Shown piece by piece: positions 50,470-64,000 of a DNA stretch of 64,000 nucleotides. The DNA lies in NCBI GenBank assembly GCA_015680685.1, contig MNCI01001153.1:751160-815159 (forward strand), given 5' to 3'. This DNA is from Gnetum montanum (taxonomy: Eukaryota; Plantae; Gnetophyta). The number at the start of each line of letters is the position of its first letter. Position 1 is the first letter of the stretch. The position numbers and the translations under genes are program-made. The notes beneath the pieces were generated by a model. The model was not told the origin of the DNA and did no database searches. It saw only the letters and a list, made by a program, of their open reading frames with translations.

Positions 50470-53290
50470 ATGGCACCAAAAAGGATGCCAAAAGGAGGAC
50501 CCTTGCAACAAGGAACTAAAAGACTAAGAGGCTAAGGAAGAGGCCACAATGGAGAAAAATCTCCAGTAGTAGATCAAGGAAAGTAGGAAGCTTAATTCTT
50601 TAGCATCCATCAATAAGCACCTCCTACCAAGAAATTTGCCCAAGCAAAGGCTAAGGCACCACAACTACTAGAATAAGGAAAATGCCTCACATTGTCACCT
50701 AAACGCCTCCAAGCCATTCAAGAGAAGTTCATCATGTCCATAGTTATTGTGGGACTTAACTTTGGTCCATTTATGAAGTTTTCCAAAAATTGTATCAGAA
50801 CCAAACTTCAATAATCTTCCTTGTGATCTACCTTGACAACAAGTGGAGACTGGTACTTAGTAGAAACCCTTCAATTTTGGTACAATAAACAAGCTAATGC
50901 TATAGTCAATATAGAAGGAATTTTGTATCATATTCAATGGAGGTAATAGCCAAAGCCCTAAATTTGCTAAATGAAGGGGCTAATGTTACAGAGATATCAA
51001 CAAGGTTTGACACTACTATGAAGAGATTGTGCTGCATAGAGCCTATGGAAAGGAAGATAAGGAGTATAGTGAGCTGATTATAGAAGAGAATATATATTTT
51101 AAAATTGACACCTACCACCTATTCCTAACAAAGAGACTTGCTAGAATATCTACCTATGTAGCTAGAGGAATCACCATTTTGATGGGGAAATTCAATGTAA
51201 ACATCATCCATTTGCACTTCCTCAAAATACAAAGGCAGTTTGAAAAGAAGAAGGTGGGAAATACTACACTTCCATTCCCTTGCCTAATCAAGAAGCTATG
51301 TAAGTAGGAAGGTATTTTGGGTTACACAAATGATGTTTTAAAAAATGCTCAAAATGCTTCATATGCTAAAATATCCAAGCCCATACCTCCAAAGAAAGAT
51401 CAGTTGGAAAAATAGGTAGGCATTGAGGGAGCAATAGGCTTAGCTCCTATTAGTACCATTCAAGCTATTGGCTAGTAGTAGCAAGTATGACCTAGTAAGT
51501 AGTAGCCAATTAATTAGTAGCAATAACAACAATAGCAACAATGGCATCAGTAAGAGAAATAGTAGCAAGTTCCACTACTACCCCTATAAGACTACAAATC
51601 CTCAATGAGTCATTTGTTGTAGATTGCAGATACTATTAGCTGTAGAACACATGAGGGATCCAATTTCTATAAGGTAATTAATAATGTTGTTAGAATCATA
51701 GCTTGAACTAATCTTGCCAATTGACAAATATCTTTGTAGTTAAGAGGAGGGGATGCATGGTTATAATAGATATTAAGGAATGCTACATCATTCCAAGTGA
51801 TGGTGGAAACTAGAAAAGGATCCATAATAGTGGTAATGCAACATCAAGATGCAATGGAAGCCATTGAAGTGATCATTGATTACATCAAGGAGTGTTTTAA
51901 CATCCTTATTGTTCCACTCGCTGATGTTTTAGGAGAAAGAGATACTCAAATGCTTACCAGTTCCTCAATGATTCCTACTGAACATGAAGATGTACTCAAT
52001 AGATTGCTATAGATGGAATAGGTCATGAAAAATCTCTTTGATATCCCCAATGATATCACTACAATTCAGTTTGATTTGATAGCCACCAAGGATAAGTTGG
52101 TCATGGAAAAGACTAGGGCAAAGCATGTTGAGAATGAAGTCCATAGACAACAAGAAGAGCTTGTGATCCTAAGAGAATGGAAAAGGGATCAAATGCAATT
52201 CATTATGCCTAGCCAACTTGATCAATTTTGTACAAACCACATTAATCATCTCATTAATGAAAACATGGGGATGGAATGTGAGAAGGAGAAGGAAGTATGG
52301 GATGCCTTAATGGTCAAAGCACAAACTTATGCACATGCCAAGAAACTCATAGCCCTATAGCAAGAAAATAAAAAATTAGCTACAAACAATGCGTGATTAA
52401 CCAATGTGGAGAAAGAAAAGAATGTCATCGAGGAGAGAATTTAGCAACTCTAAGAGAAACTAATATAGTTCAAATAGGACATAAGATGCTTGGTTGGAGA
52501 AAATAGAACATTGTTAATGGAATAATTTTGATCATTTGTCAAAAGTTTGCAATTAAGATAAGCATGTGGCAAAATGCAGCCAAAAAGCATGAAAGGCTCA
52601 AGAAGCATTTTCATGATCACGTGGGCATGTATAAGTAGATTAATAAGAGAGAAATCCAAATGGCTAAAGCCAAGATTAGTTTGATATTTGTGTAGAATAT
52701 AGACTAGTAGCTAATCTTGGATAGCCTGGCCCATGTCCACCAAGCTAAAATTAAAAATAAATACATGCAGATCAATGACCTTACAAGATACATGGGGTTA
52801 GTAAATCTCTAATATGCTAACTTGGCCATGTTAACAACATGTAGACTAAAAAATGAATTAAAGTAACAAGTAGTAGCAATCTATGCATTATATGAGAAAG
52901 AATTTACTGATCAAAAAGATGCTTTGTAGAAGTTCCATATGAAGATTTTAAAACTTGAAGTAGTCAAAGCTAGCTACTAGGGCCAAAAGAACATTGTAGC
53001 TAACCTAGCCAAAAGAATGAAAAATTATCAAGAATAGCATAAAATAGATACAACATTCAAAACAAAATAGTGGCACTTTACAGAGAGGTATGTCAAAGTA
53101 AATCAAATGTTCCCATAGCTACCATGTCCATGGAATGTACTAGCCTTGTCACACATTGCACAATAGGCATGGAAGGTACATGATCCTAGAATGGAGGAGA
53201 AGCTTTAGGCATTGAGAAAGCTATATTAATTTAAATAGCCTAATGATAAAGGTATGTAACTAATGAAAGAGCCACCACCACCAAACACAT
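50470..53290 (+). pseudogene. Extra (env-position) ORF of element B: basic N-terminus, plant-transposon-protein-like middle, Gln-rich linker, long coiled coil
   Basis: Starts MAPKRMPKGG; fragments TLPFPCLIKKLC and 52025-52360; many CAG/CAA-derived stops. Confidence 0.6.
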
Positions 53291-53499
53291 AGGCTATATT
53301 GAGACCCTTTATCTTTTTCTGCTTTATTTTGTATTATCAAGCACTTATTCCAAATTTTGTAAAACATCACTATGGCATTCCAAGTAATGTAAATAGTCTG
53401 TTAGTCATGTCATCTCAAATCTACCTCCAAATTTTTTAAGGAACTCTACCCTCATTTTTTCTTAACTTGAGGATGAGTTTTTAATCAATTGTGGGGGTA

Positions 53500-54325
53500 T
53501 GGTAAAGTCAAGCTTTTGTTACAAACAACATCATAGCAATGATATCATATCTATGATGTCATTGATACGATGTCAACACTCTTAATACATCATCATTAAT
53601 ATGATGTCTCAAGATGTGTGCAGCCCTATAATCATGATGCTTGAATTCATAATTTGTGAGCTTTTCATTTCCATAGTCATCAAACTCTTACAATTTTAGT
53701 TCTTGAATTTAAAATTAGCAACTAGGAGTGTGAATGCCCATAGTGTGGTATGTCATAGTGAATGGAATCTTTGTTGGAGAAGTTTGTACTTGGGCACAAG
53801 TTGTGAATGAAAATAAAGATTGAAGCTATTTTCCACCATTGCAACATTCTCCTAGTTTACTATTTTCACTTAGCATAATGTTTACTATTTTACTAGCATA
53901 ATACTTTATTTTCCAAAGCACTTTATTTTCACTTGTTGATAGTAAGCAAAATGGATACACTTGATTTCAAGCATTAAGTGTGATCATTTGGTAATCCCAA
54001 TAGTATTATTGCTTAGTTCTTAGCTCACGTAGTAGCATAATACGTGGTAATCCTAGTGATGATTACATGAGCTCAAGATGTATTTGGTAAATCAAGAATG
54101 CTTATTCATCACCATAGGCTAGAATAGATTTACTTACTCATTCCTAGTTAGATTTGGTACCTACTTTTATCTTTATCATGCCTACACTTTGGAGAAATAG
54201 TGGCCAATCAACATCACTTATCATATGCCTCACTACAAGCTAAACCATACACAGATTATGATTAAGTGAAGTGTGAACACTCATAACTTGTATGGTTGGG
54301 TGTTGGATTACTCCACTACTCATCA
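53500..54325 (+). repeat. 3' LTR of element B (uninterrupted)
   Basis: TG..CA termini; PPT at 53491-53499. Confidence 0.9.
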
Positions 54326-56933
54326 CCTAGATGCCATGCACATCATTTATCAACACATATATGACTAGTGGTGAGGATATGACATCATTCACAATGTAGT
54401 ATACATAGCACATCATCAATTTCGTTACATAATGGGTTTCACACATTCATAAGTGACAAAGTACAATCATTAAATCATGACTTCTAATCACTTCCTTTCT
54501 TTAAGATCATCACCAATGATGGGGTCCTAGTCATTACTATGACCTACATTTATCTTAGACATGAAATTTTAGAGAGTAATTGATATACCCAATTCCCTAA
54601 TATAACTCATGATAATGTTGTGGCTACTCTCACAAGTGGACTACAACTCACATCCTTATATTTCAAGTCAGCATAACTTATCTACAAAGAAACTACAACT
54701 TGTATCTCATAACAATTCCTACCATGAGCTCATCATGGACTAACTATGAGTTAAACATGACTTATGATTTGTGTCGAATGCAAAAGCTTGAATGCTAGAA
54801 GCAACAAAAATCATTCAATATTCTTAGGGAAAACATCCTAATGCATACCAATAGCCTACTAGAATATTATCATGGGTTCCTACAACCCCTAGAGATGTCT
54901 TGCATTACCTATTCATACTCTCATACATATCCAAAACATTAGGTACATAAATCATCACATTACATAGGCATAAATATATCAAATCTATCATTCACGCATC
55001 CAAACATCTTCCTCCTTTTGATAGATGTCATACATATGAATACACATATAAATCTACTAAAAGAATTAGGAAAAAGATAAATGAAACCTATTAAACTCAA
55101 TCAAAATGTAAAAATGTTCAAAATAACCACAAAATTCCAAAAACATGCATAAAAATTTGTTCCAAGCTACTTATCTCTTAAACCCAAAAAGCACCAATGA
55201 TAATAGAAAACCCTAATTCAATTGTCAAATAAGCCCCATCAAACCTACAAGCCCATAATACTGTAGAGTAAAGAAATGGTGATGGCAAATAGAAATAAAT
55301 AGCATGAATGAGAAAATAATATTGCATGTTTTAAAAATTTTTTATCTAATAAGATATGAAAAATGGTATTTTAATAATTCTATGCAACACTTCTTGACCT
55401 AATTAGTGCACCTATAGCACAAAGACATATAAACCTACCTAATTTACACATGAAAGCTCCATATGAAACACTAATCAAACCTTCAACAAGACTATTACAT
55501 ACATATTATAAACACATATTAAATACAAGTCTAGATATCACCAAACATCATCATATGACTCATCTGCATAAATATCAAATATGCTCCATAAAGAATAAAT
55601 GGATATTGGGCTATTACTCTTGTCCCCAATCCTCCAATCTTTTCATACATAACATCTATCTAAAACATTCCATAAGATCACTATGTGTAATCATGTCATA
55701 AAATGAATTTGACATAAAAAACCACATATAATGTATGCATATAGAGTATCATAAAACACATAACAATACACACTATCTACTAGACCCACAACCTAAACAC
55801 ACCCACATGCATGTATAATGAGACATCATACTATACCAAGAAGTTTTACAAAGGAATCTTACACTTGGTGTGTATCTATAATAAATTATTTTAGGTTTTG
55901 AGAAAAAATAAATTATTTTCATTTATAAATAAAAAAAATAATGAAAACAACAACTTAATTAAAAATTTCTAGGCTAAAAGTTTATATGAAAAGAAACATA
56001 TTTAGTAATATGAAACTTAACTTATGTTAGAAGATGATAATTATTTATTTATTACTAAAAATAACTACATAAAAAATCTTATAAAACAAGTATAAGTGGT
56101 TGAGGATACCTCTAAGAATAAAAGAAGATAATAGTCAAAATTAATTATCAGGAATGATATCGTTAGTGCTTTGCTGAAAAGTGTTGCAAATCTTAGAAGT
56201 ATAGTTCCAAGAACATTGTGTAGTTAGAAATTGATAAAAATGTAAAAAATTAATTTATCATAAATATGATATTGAGAAGAAATAAATCTTGACGGTAGAT
56301 ATAAATGGGAAGACCTTGATGTATCAAACATCATAAAAAATACCCAATATTTAATAATGAGGTGTAAGCCTAGTGGTATAGGCCTTGGCTTAATAACCTT
56401 AGGTAACAAGTTCAATTCTATCATGTAACATTGAGTTATAAACTTTTACAAATCTTTGAGTGTACATATATTTCAATTCTTTTAGGATGCAATAGCCCAT
56501 AAAAATATTTAATTTTTTTAAAACAAAGGTTTCTAGATATTTTTCATTTTTCTCTTTCAAATTTGTGATGTTAATTGCATCTTCTAAGACTTGTTAAATT
56601 TATTATGAATAAAAATTTTTAGTAATTGTCTCATATACAAATTTATAGGTAAAAGAAAAAATATCTCTAATATCCTTCTTAAAAATATCTAGAAAGGCTT
56701 AATGCATATTATTTTCTACCTAGAAAAAAATCAAGGTTAATAATTAATTTTTTGAAATTTTAAATCTCGATCTTACTCACACCATAGAGGTTAAAAGTAT
56801 TATTTTATATAATTCATCTATCATTAATGAGCTATTGTTCATTGACTTTTGATGGTTTTAGGACTTGGGGAAGGGGTTGTTGTAGGTAGGACAGAGTTGG
56901 GGGTTTGCTATGGGAAAAGAGAATGGCTAGTTT

Positions 56934-59900
56934 TGTTAGGTGTATTGTTAATTTTAAGTTTAAAACACCTTCATGTTGTAACAATTTCCATGTTGACAAA
57001 TTATTCTTGGCATGTTGGCTGAAAATAACAAAAGCCAAAGTATATAGTATGTCAAAAGAATATGTAACCACTCACACCCAATTTGACCATGATTAATTAT
57101 GAATTATAACCCCATAATTTAGCTTTTACCCAAAGCATGGCATTATGAAGACTATATAAGTGGATGCTTTGGTGGTCTTACAATCACACCTTCACCTAAT
57201 CAATGGGTGTATGAGGCATAATTCAAGTTTTAGTCTCTTCTTCTTGTGAAAACTTGATCTAAGCTTGTTGTAAGTATCAAAGAAAAGAAGACTTATATTT
57301 CTAAGTCTTTGTAAGAGCTAGAGTCATTGCTAGGGTTCTCATATGCTTTCCCCAAGATAATTTCTTGTATTCTTGATGCATTTCTTCTAATTTCATAATT
57401 GAATATCTATTTCTATCGCTTGATATTACTTTATTATCTTACTCAATTGATGTGTAAATTAAAAAAAATAGTATCAAAGCATAGTTCATTTGATTCTCAA
57501 GGCTCTTATCTCATTAAGTGCTTTAAGATGGTAACGATTGCTAAGTACATTGAAGAAATAAAAAAGTTTAATAGCAAAAACTACAATCTTTGGAAGCTCC
57601 GAATGGAAGATTTGCTATTTGAAAAGAAACAAGGTGTATGCATCAATGGAATTAAATAAAATATCATGAAAGGTAAAGACTAGAATCAGTTAGATCATCT
57701 AGCTTTGGAAACAATTTGTAAAGGTATTTCTAATCCTATGCTTATAAATTTACAAGATGAAGAGTCTGCAAAAGGATTATGGAATGTTATGGATAAGATA
57801 TACCAATATAGTTCTTACTCAAATAATTACATCTTAAAAGCTAATTATTATTGTTAAAGATGTCTAAAAATAATGCTATTAATCTCATCTTATTGATTTC
57901 AATACTATTTTGAGCTAATTATAATCAATTGTTAGTAAGATGGATAAAAGAGATCAATGTATTTCCTCATTACAATTACTTCCTAATTCATGGAAAAATA
58001 TTGTTAGAATACTACCAATATAAGTACCTCTTTAAAATTACTTTTTACAATAAAAAAATAAAGAATAAATACACAAGGAAAATTTGAAATCAAAAGGATA
58101 CTCTTAAAAGGAGGGTATTAACTATGAAGAAGGTTTTTCACGAGTGGTTAAGTTAACATTGATAAGATCTTTAATGTCTTTTGTAGCCACTTTAGATCTT
58201 AAACTTGAACATATTGATGTTAAGACTATGTTTCTTCATGGAGATCTTGATAAAGAAATCTACATGCAATAGCTTGAATGTTATGTGGTTAAGGGCAAGG
58301 AAAACATGATATGTCTCTTACTAAAATACTTGTATGGGTTGAAACAATCCTCTATGATGTGGTATAAGAAATTTAATTCTTGCATGATAACATCTAGTTT
58401 TGTATGGTTGTTAACAACCCTTGTATTTATCTAAAGGAAAATTCAAAAACTTGTTTAAAATTGCTATTTTATATTGATGATATTTTGATAGTAGGGAACA
58501 ATGTGCAAGAAATCACTAAGTTGAAATGCCAAGTATCATCTCAATTTAAGATGAAGGACCTTGGTACCAGCAGAAAAGCATTAGACATGAAAATTAAAAA
58601 GGATAAAAAAGAATAAAAGTTATGGCTTGGTCCATCTAAATATGTTAATAAATTTTTAGAAAAATTTAATATGTAGGATTGTAAGTTAGTAAACACTCCA
58701 TTATTTGTGATCATGAAATTATAAATGGAGAAATGCCCTAGAAAAGATGAAGAAATGTAGAAAATGCGAAAAATCCCCTATACAAATATTGTAGGAAGCC
58801 TCATGTATGCAATGGTTTGTAGTAGGCTTAATATTACATATGTAGTAGGATCTAAGAGTAGGTTTATGTCTAATCCTTGTAAGAAACATTGCATGGCCTT
58901 AATAGAATTCATAGGTATATTTGAGATACTATTAAGTTTTCCATCTATTATGAGAAAAGTTCCTTTGGATTGCATGGGCTTGTGGATGTAAATTATAGAG
59001 GTGAACTAGATCACCAAAAATCCATAAGTTGATATGTTTTTTAAAATAGACATAGGTGTGGTTAACTATATTAGCAAAAGACAAAGCTTTGTTGCATTCT
59101 TAACAACAAAGGTAGAGTGTGTAGTAGGTTCTTAAGCAATAAAAGAAGTAGTTTGGCTACAATGATTTGTCAAAGACTTTAGATAAGAATAAAAGAAAGT
59201 AAACATCTCTTGAGATAACCAAAGTGCAATATTTCTAGCAAAGAATCCCAAGTTCCATGTGGAAAAAACACACTATGATAAATTATCATTTTATTTGGGA
59301 TCAAATTAAAAAAATAAGGATTTCTCTAAAAAAGGTTCCTACATCAAAAGATCCACTAGATATGTTAAGGTAATTCTTGTGCATAAGTTTAACTAGTGTA
59401 GAAAAGAAATTCGATTGTTAAAATGTAAAATACAATTGTTGCTCCTAGCTATAAATCCTTAAAATAAATAACCAATGGAAGAATCTTAGATATGTTGTTA
59501 ATTTTAAATTTAAAACACCTTCATGTTGTAACAATTGCCATGTTGCAAAATTATTTTTGGCATGTTAACTAAAAGTAACAAAATCCAAAGTATGTAATAT
59601 GTCAAAATAATATGTAACCACTCATACCAAATTTTATCTTGATCAATTATAGATTATAACTCCATAATTTGGCTTTTACCCAAAGCATGACATTATGAAC
59701 ACTTTATAAGTGGATGCTTGGGTGGTCTTACAATTACACCTTCACCAATTATAGGGTGTATGAGGTATAATTCAAGTTGCAGTATTTTCTTAATATGAAA
59801 GCTTGATCCAAGCTTGTTTTAAGTCTCAAAGAAAAGAAGCCTTTGATTTATAAGGCTTGCTAGGAGCTAGAGCTATTTCAGGGTTTTTTTTATGTTTCCC

Positions 59901-60012
59901 AAGGGTAATTTCTTATGTTCTAGATGCATTTCTTCTAATTCTATAATTGAATTTTTATTTCTACTTCTTGTTGTTACTTTATTATCTTACTTAATCAAGG
60001 TGTAAATTAACA
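56934..60012 (+). mobile_element. Internally deleted Ty1/copia element (~3.1 kb)
   Basis: ~530-bp LTRs at 56934-57464 and 59484-60012; decayed Met PBS TAGTATCAAAGC at 57469. Confidence 0.88.
57528..59430 (+). pseudogene. Copia gag N-terminus joined directly to RT/RNase H; protease and integrase deleted
   Basis: KFNSKNYNLWKLRMEDLL, then DVKTMFLHGDL, LYGLKQS, FYIDDILI and PYTNIVGSLMYAMVC. Confidence 0.85.
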
Positions 60013-60298
60013 TATGTGTTGGAACTTGAAATTTTTTTCTTTAATAATATTTACCCATAATACATGGAATCATCAAAACTTTATTACTTAGCATTGCCTA
60101 CCAAAATCCATCTCTAAACTTAAAGCTTCTAAATTAAGAGTCTTACTACTATGCTAACACCCCATTGTTAGACATTACTCATTTGGCTCAATTACTATAT
60201 AATTTAGATGGATAAAGTGGTGATAGGTGGTCAATGTGTTTAGCTTTTTATCCTTTTAGGCAAGAGGCTTTTAATTCGAGGCATACTAGAAGCATTGT

Positions 60299-61234
60299 TG
60301 ATGAGTGGTGAGGTACCCCTACACTCAACCATACGAATACGAGCACATTACAAATGATCTAGTCGAACTCCACAAATGGACTAGTTACTTGTTGATTGTA
60401 GTTTGCTGTCTTCCTACTTGGACTAGTATATGCTTTGTCACGTATGGTGTAGTCCAAAGTGAGATGTATGATATGTTCCTAAACTAATGCTACTTCTAGA
60501 AGCAATGGAAAATAACTTTAACTAGGCTAAGAGGAAAGGGGGAGAGAGTCTAAGCTAATAGTAGATAGGGAGAGAGAACCTAAGCTAGCCTAAGTGTGAT
60601 GAGAATCCATTCCTTAATCATCCATATACATCTTAGGCCTCATTCGTGACTACCATTGGGATTACCAGGCACATGGCCTAAGTACGCTACTGGGATACTA
60701 AGTAGTCACACATAGATGCTAATGATTAAGTCATACTCATTCCACATTTAAGGAGCTTAGGGTGAAGAGATATTAACTATGAAAGTAATAAATAACAATA
60801 AAAATTAAATAATTAAACAAATTAAATGCTGCAAAGATGAAGAAATCTAAATCTCTATTTCTGGTCATGTGTGTGTCCAAGTACGTCACACTCAAATAAA
60901 GGTGTCATACAATTACAATCATCACACTGTGGGCATGCACTAGAAGAAAAGAGTTGAGAGGAAAAAATGACAAAAAGACTAATTTAACACTAAACTAACT
61001 CTTGACTTTCATATGCATCCCATTGTGTATTTATAGGCTCACACAGGAACTGCAATATCACATATACAATATCACTTGTTAGGCCACGATATCGCGTACA
61101 TGACATTGTGGGTGTGATATCGAGGGTCTAATATCAAGACTCATTATATATTAGGGTTTCAATAATAGGGGTTCAATATTAGCACCTAGTTAACAAGGAT
61201 CCAATACCAGCACCAAACAAACCATGATTCATCA
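60299..61234 (-). repeat. 3' LTR of element C
   Basis: Minus strand TGATGAA...CCACTCATCA, the same end as the B LTR. Confidence 0.75.
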
Positions 61235-61991
61235 TACCCCCACAATTGAATAACAACTCATCCTTGAGTTAAAGAAAATGAGAAGGAGTCCAATTCATTA
61301 CATAATGAATAGGTATGGGATTATTGAGTAACTAGGAATTATTCACGCCATAGTGTGGGATTGAACAAAACAAAATTGTGACATAGACATAGAATTACAA
61401 AACTTGGTTGGAACTCATGTGGTTCCTGGTGGTGGTGGCTCCTCCATGGGTTTCTTCCCATTGTCTTGTACTCCAGGCTCTGAGATTAATACTGTTGAAG
61501 AAGTGCCTAATGTTTCTCATTTTCTATCTAAGGATTATGAGCCATCCATGTTGATGTTCCAATGTTTGATGCAGTTGGCATTTTCCATGGACACAGTAGT
61601 TGCAGGAACACTTAATTGGCCTTGAGATGCCATGCTGTAAATAGCCATTATTCCTCTTCATAGGCTCAAGCCCTAACCTTTGCACCTTTTCCTTGGATAG
61701 ATTGTGTAATGACAAGAGTTTCTTGATGGATGCTAAATGATTGTGCTTCCTACTCTACATGTTTTGTATGAGGTCCTTGGTCTCTGCCTTCCCTTGGACA
61801 TTCAGTTGCACCTTGAGAAGGTCCTCCTTGTTGTCCTCTATTAGGGGCCATCTATAATCACACAAAGATCAATTGTTAGTAATGTTATTGAGAGAAGTTC
61901 AATTATTTCATACCTTACTCACTTCTTGTAATAAATGTTGAATTCTTTACTTAGTGTGATTTTAGAGTTAGAAATTTTTTTCAAGGAAGCT

Positions 61992-62179
61992 NNNNNNNNN
62001 NNNNNNNNNNNNNNNNNNNNNNNNNNNNNNNNNNNNNNNNNNNNNNNNNNNNNNNNNNNNNNNNNNNNNNNNNNNNNNNNNNNNNNNNNNNNNNNNNNNN
62101 NNNNNNNNNNNNNNNNNNNNNNNNNNNNNNNNNNNNNNNNNNNNNNNNNNNNNNNNNNNNNNNNNNNNNNNNNNNNNNN
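61992..62179. other. Assembly gap (N run)
   Basis: 188 N. Confidence 1.
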
Positions 62180-64000
62180 AGATGAGGTGAATTGTAGAAG
62201 GGATTGCAAAAATTGGGACATGAGGTAGTTGACCCATGGCACAATAAATCCTGAGTGTAGGGCATGATTAATATTTCATTAGCCCATTACTCCAAACTCA
62301 AGACCAAGTCCATTTCTTCAATTAGTGACATTTCATTTATTCATCCAATGATGGACAATCATAAGAGCACCATGATAGCAAAGTATACGATCACTTGGCA
62401 TTTTGTTCAAGTGAGGAGTCACTTAGAATTTCTTTGCAGTAATTTGATCTTGATATTTTTTTCTTCTTCATTTTGATGAAGTATTGTTGAATCCAAAGAA
62501 GTCACCTACCTTCAGGCATGGGCGCATGTCTTTCTAGTGGGACCCCTTAGAATAGCATTATTTTTTTTTTGGTTCAGTGTTGTTTGATTACTCTTACTTC
62601 CAATTTTACTTCCATCTTAGTACAACCATGCTGCATGATAACTCGTACAAATGTCACCAAAGAGAATCCACAAGTCCCCTTGATGTCACATCCTAACCAT
62701 TCCCTCTTGGTCCATCCTTCTTCATTCTGGGCATAATGAGCACAAAATTACTTTAAGTTTTATTAATGTCAAGAATATCATCATACCCAAAGTAGAACCT
62801 CTTATTAATAGAATGGGTGGATGGATGTGATGGGATCACTGTCCAAATAATTAGTCACTCGAAACTTGATAGAAAATAACAACACCTCAACCAAAGAGTC
62901 ACCTGAGTGTTTTATTCATAGATGAGATTACTTCTAAAAGATAAAAAAGACAAAATAATAAATTGAAAAATGAAATACTGGAAAATAAAAAATTGTAAAA
63001 CTAAAGAAAATGAAAAATATTTATTATTCCTACTTGTTAGAATGGAGGATACCCCTCATAACTAAATGGTTGAGCATAGTGAGGATTACTAAATGAAAAT
63101 TTGAGGTCCTTGCATGTTGGATGTATTGGGATCTAATCATATCTGAACCACTGGGTGTCTTTTGACATGGTGGTTGGAATGTACCCTAAGTGGGATTCAC
63201 ACACTTGATTATAGTAAGCATAGTGGGGCAATTTATAAGATGTCGTCAATTGATGAGTGGTTGACCCACTATGGCACCCATGATTGTAAGGTGGTATGCA
63301 AGGATCATGATGTCTCCCATCATGGTTATCTTCATTGGGTTGTATAGTTGTTGGAATGTTAATTGCTAGTCCTAATGAGATGACACAAGGTGTTAGGTTT
63401 GTAGAGAGAGAGAGATGTACCATAGTGTTGGGCTTGTGCTATGTTAGAAGATGCAGTGGTCTCAGAATTGTGCTATCCCTTCTTATGATCATGTCTAAAG
63501 AAGGGATGCCTTTGATGTTGTAAAAGGTTCCCACTGCTATTGATAGTAGAAGCATAAGTAACATTTGTGGGTTGATGTGGTGGTGCAAACCCTTCAGGCA
63601 CAATTGGTAACAATGTGGAAGGAGGTGAAGGATGAGAATGCTAAAATTGAGGAGTGCAAGGTGCCCAAGGTGGTGGTCCTATTGGCGAGGATATGGGTTG
63701 ATAGTATTAAGGAGAATGATAATAATGTGGTGAGATAGAGGATGTTAACCTAGTTGGCAAAACAAGATGTTAGACTTGATAAGCACTTTGATTCAGATGA
63801 TATGAAGGGTATAACTAGTTTGGGAGTGGCCTCCCCCATGACTGGGATTGTTGCCACTGTGATTGAACACAGTATCTTTGTAGGAACTCTAGATGTAACA
63901 CCCTTCCCCAATGCTCTTGTAAATGTAACAAGATTGGGCATTGGCCCTTGGGGTGATCATACAGGCAAATGTTACATTGAGACGTATGATTGGCAGTTGA

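Larger units (their letters stand above)
34361..54325 (+). mobile_element. Athila-like Ty3/gypsy element B (degenerate, full length) with the caulimovirid inserted in its 5' LTR
   Basis: LTR at 34361-34834 plus ~41611-42022 and LTR at 53500-54325. tRNA-Asp-type PBS, PPT GTGGGGGTA, gag-pol remnants and an extra 3' ORF. Confidence 0.85.
60299..64000 (-). mobile_element. Athila-like element C, 3' part; apparently lacks pol
   Basis: Minus-strand PPT GTGGGGGTA at 61235-61243, LTR, and 3' noncoding motifs shared with A and B. Gag-like Pro/Gln-rich sequence lies directly upstream. Confidence 0.65.

Noticed and set aside
34356-54330. Target-site duplications for element B and for the copia element
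   Set aside because: The flanks do not match (CTCTG vs CCTAG; AGTTT vs TATGT), so none is claimed.
61919-62265. ORFs spanning the N run
   Set aside because: Artefacts of the assembly gap.
1-64000. Host species assignment
   Set aside because: The sequence supports only a heavily methylated, repeat-rich vascular-plant genome.

Overview
Plant nuclear repeat DNA with no host gene. Most of the window is old, nested, CpG/CHG-eroded LTR retrotransposons. These are three Athila-like Ty3/gypsy copies, a ~19.6-kb Tat/Ogre-like element with a GTACT target-site duplication, a second Tat-like pol fragment and an internally deleted Ty1/copia. The standout is a young, apparently unit-length endogenous caulimovirid (plant pararetrovirus) of ~6.8 kb at 34835-~41610. 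It sits in the 5' LTR of an Athila-like element and starts exactly at its tRNA-Met primer-binding site. It encodes one movement protein-coat-protease-RT-RNase H polyprotein and an AUG-less ~319-codon ORF2 that begins at a branch point and 3' splice site, which suggests spliced expression. Each viral ORF is broken by only one C>T-type nonsense change. The retroelements also carry odd cargo. The Tat/Ogre element has a ~5.8-kb protease-RT intron holding an antisense gene of ~8 exons. All three Athila-like copies share an extra ORF preceded by a conserved 61-62-nt intron. Family assignments rest on motif recognition by eye, with no database search.
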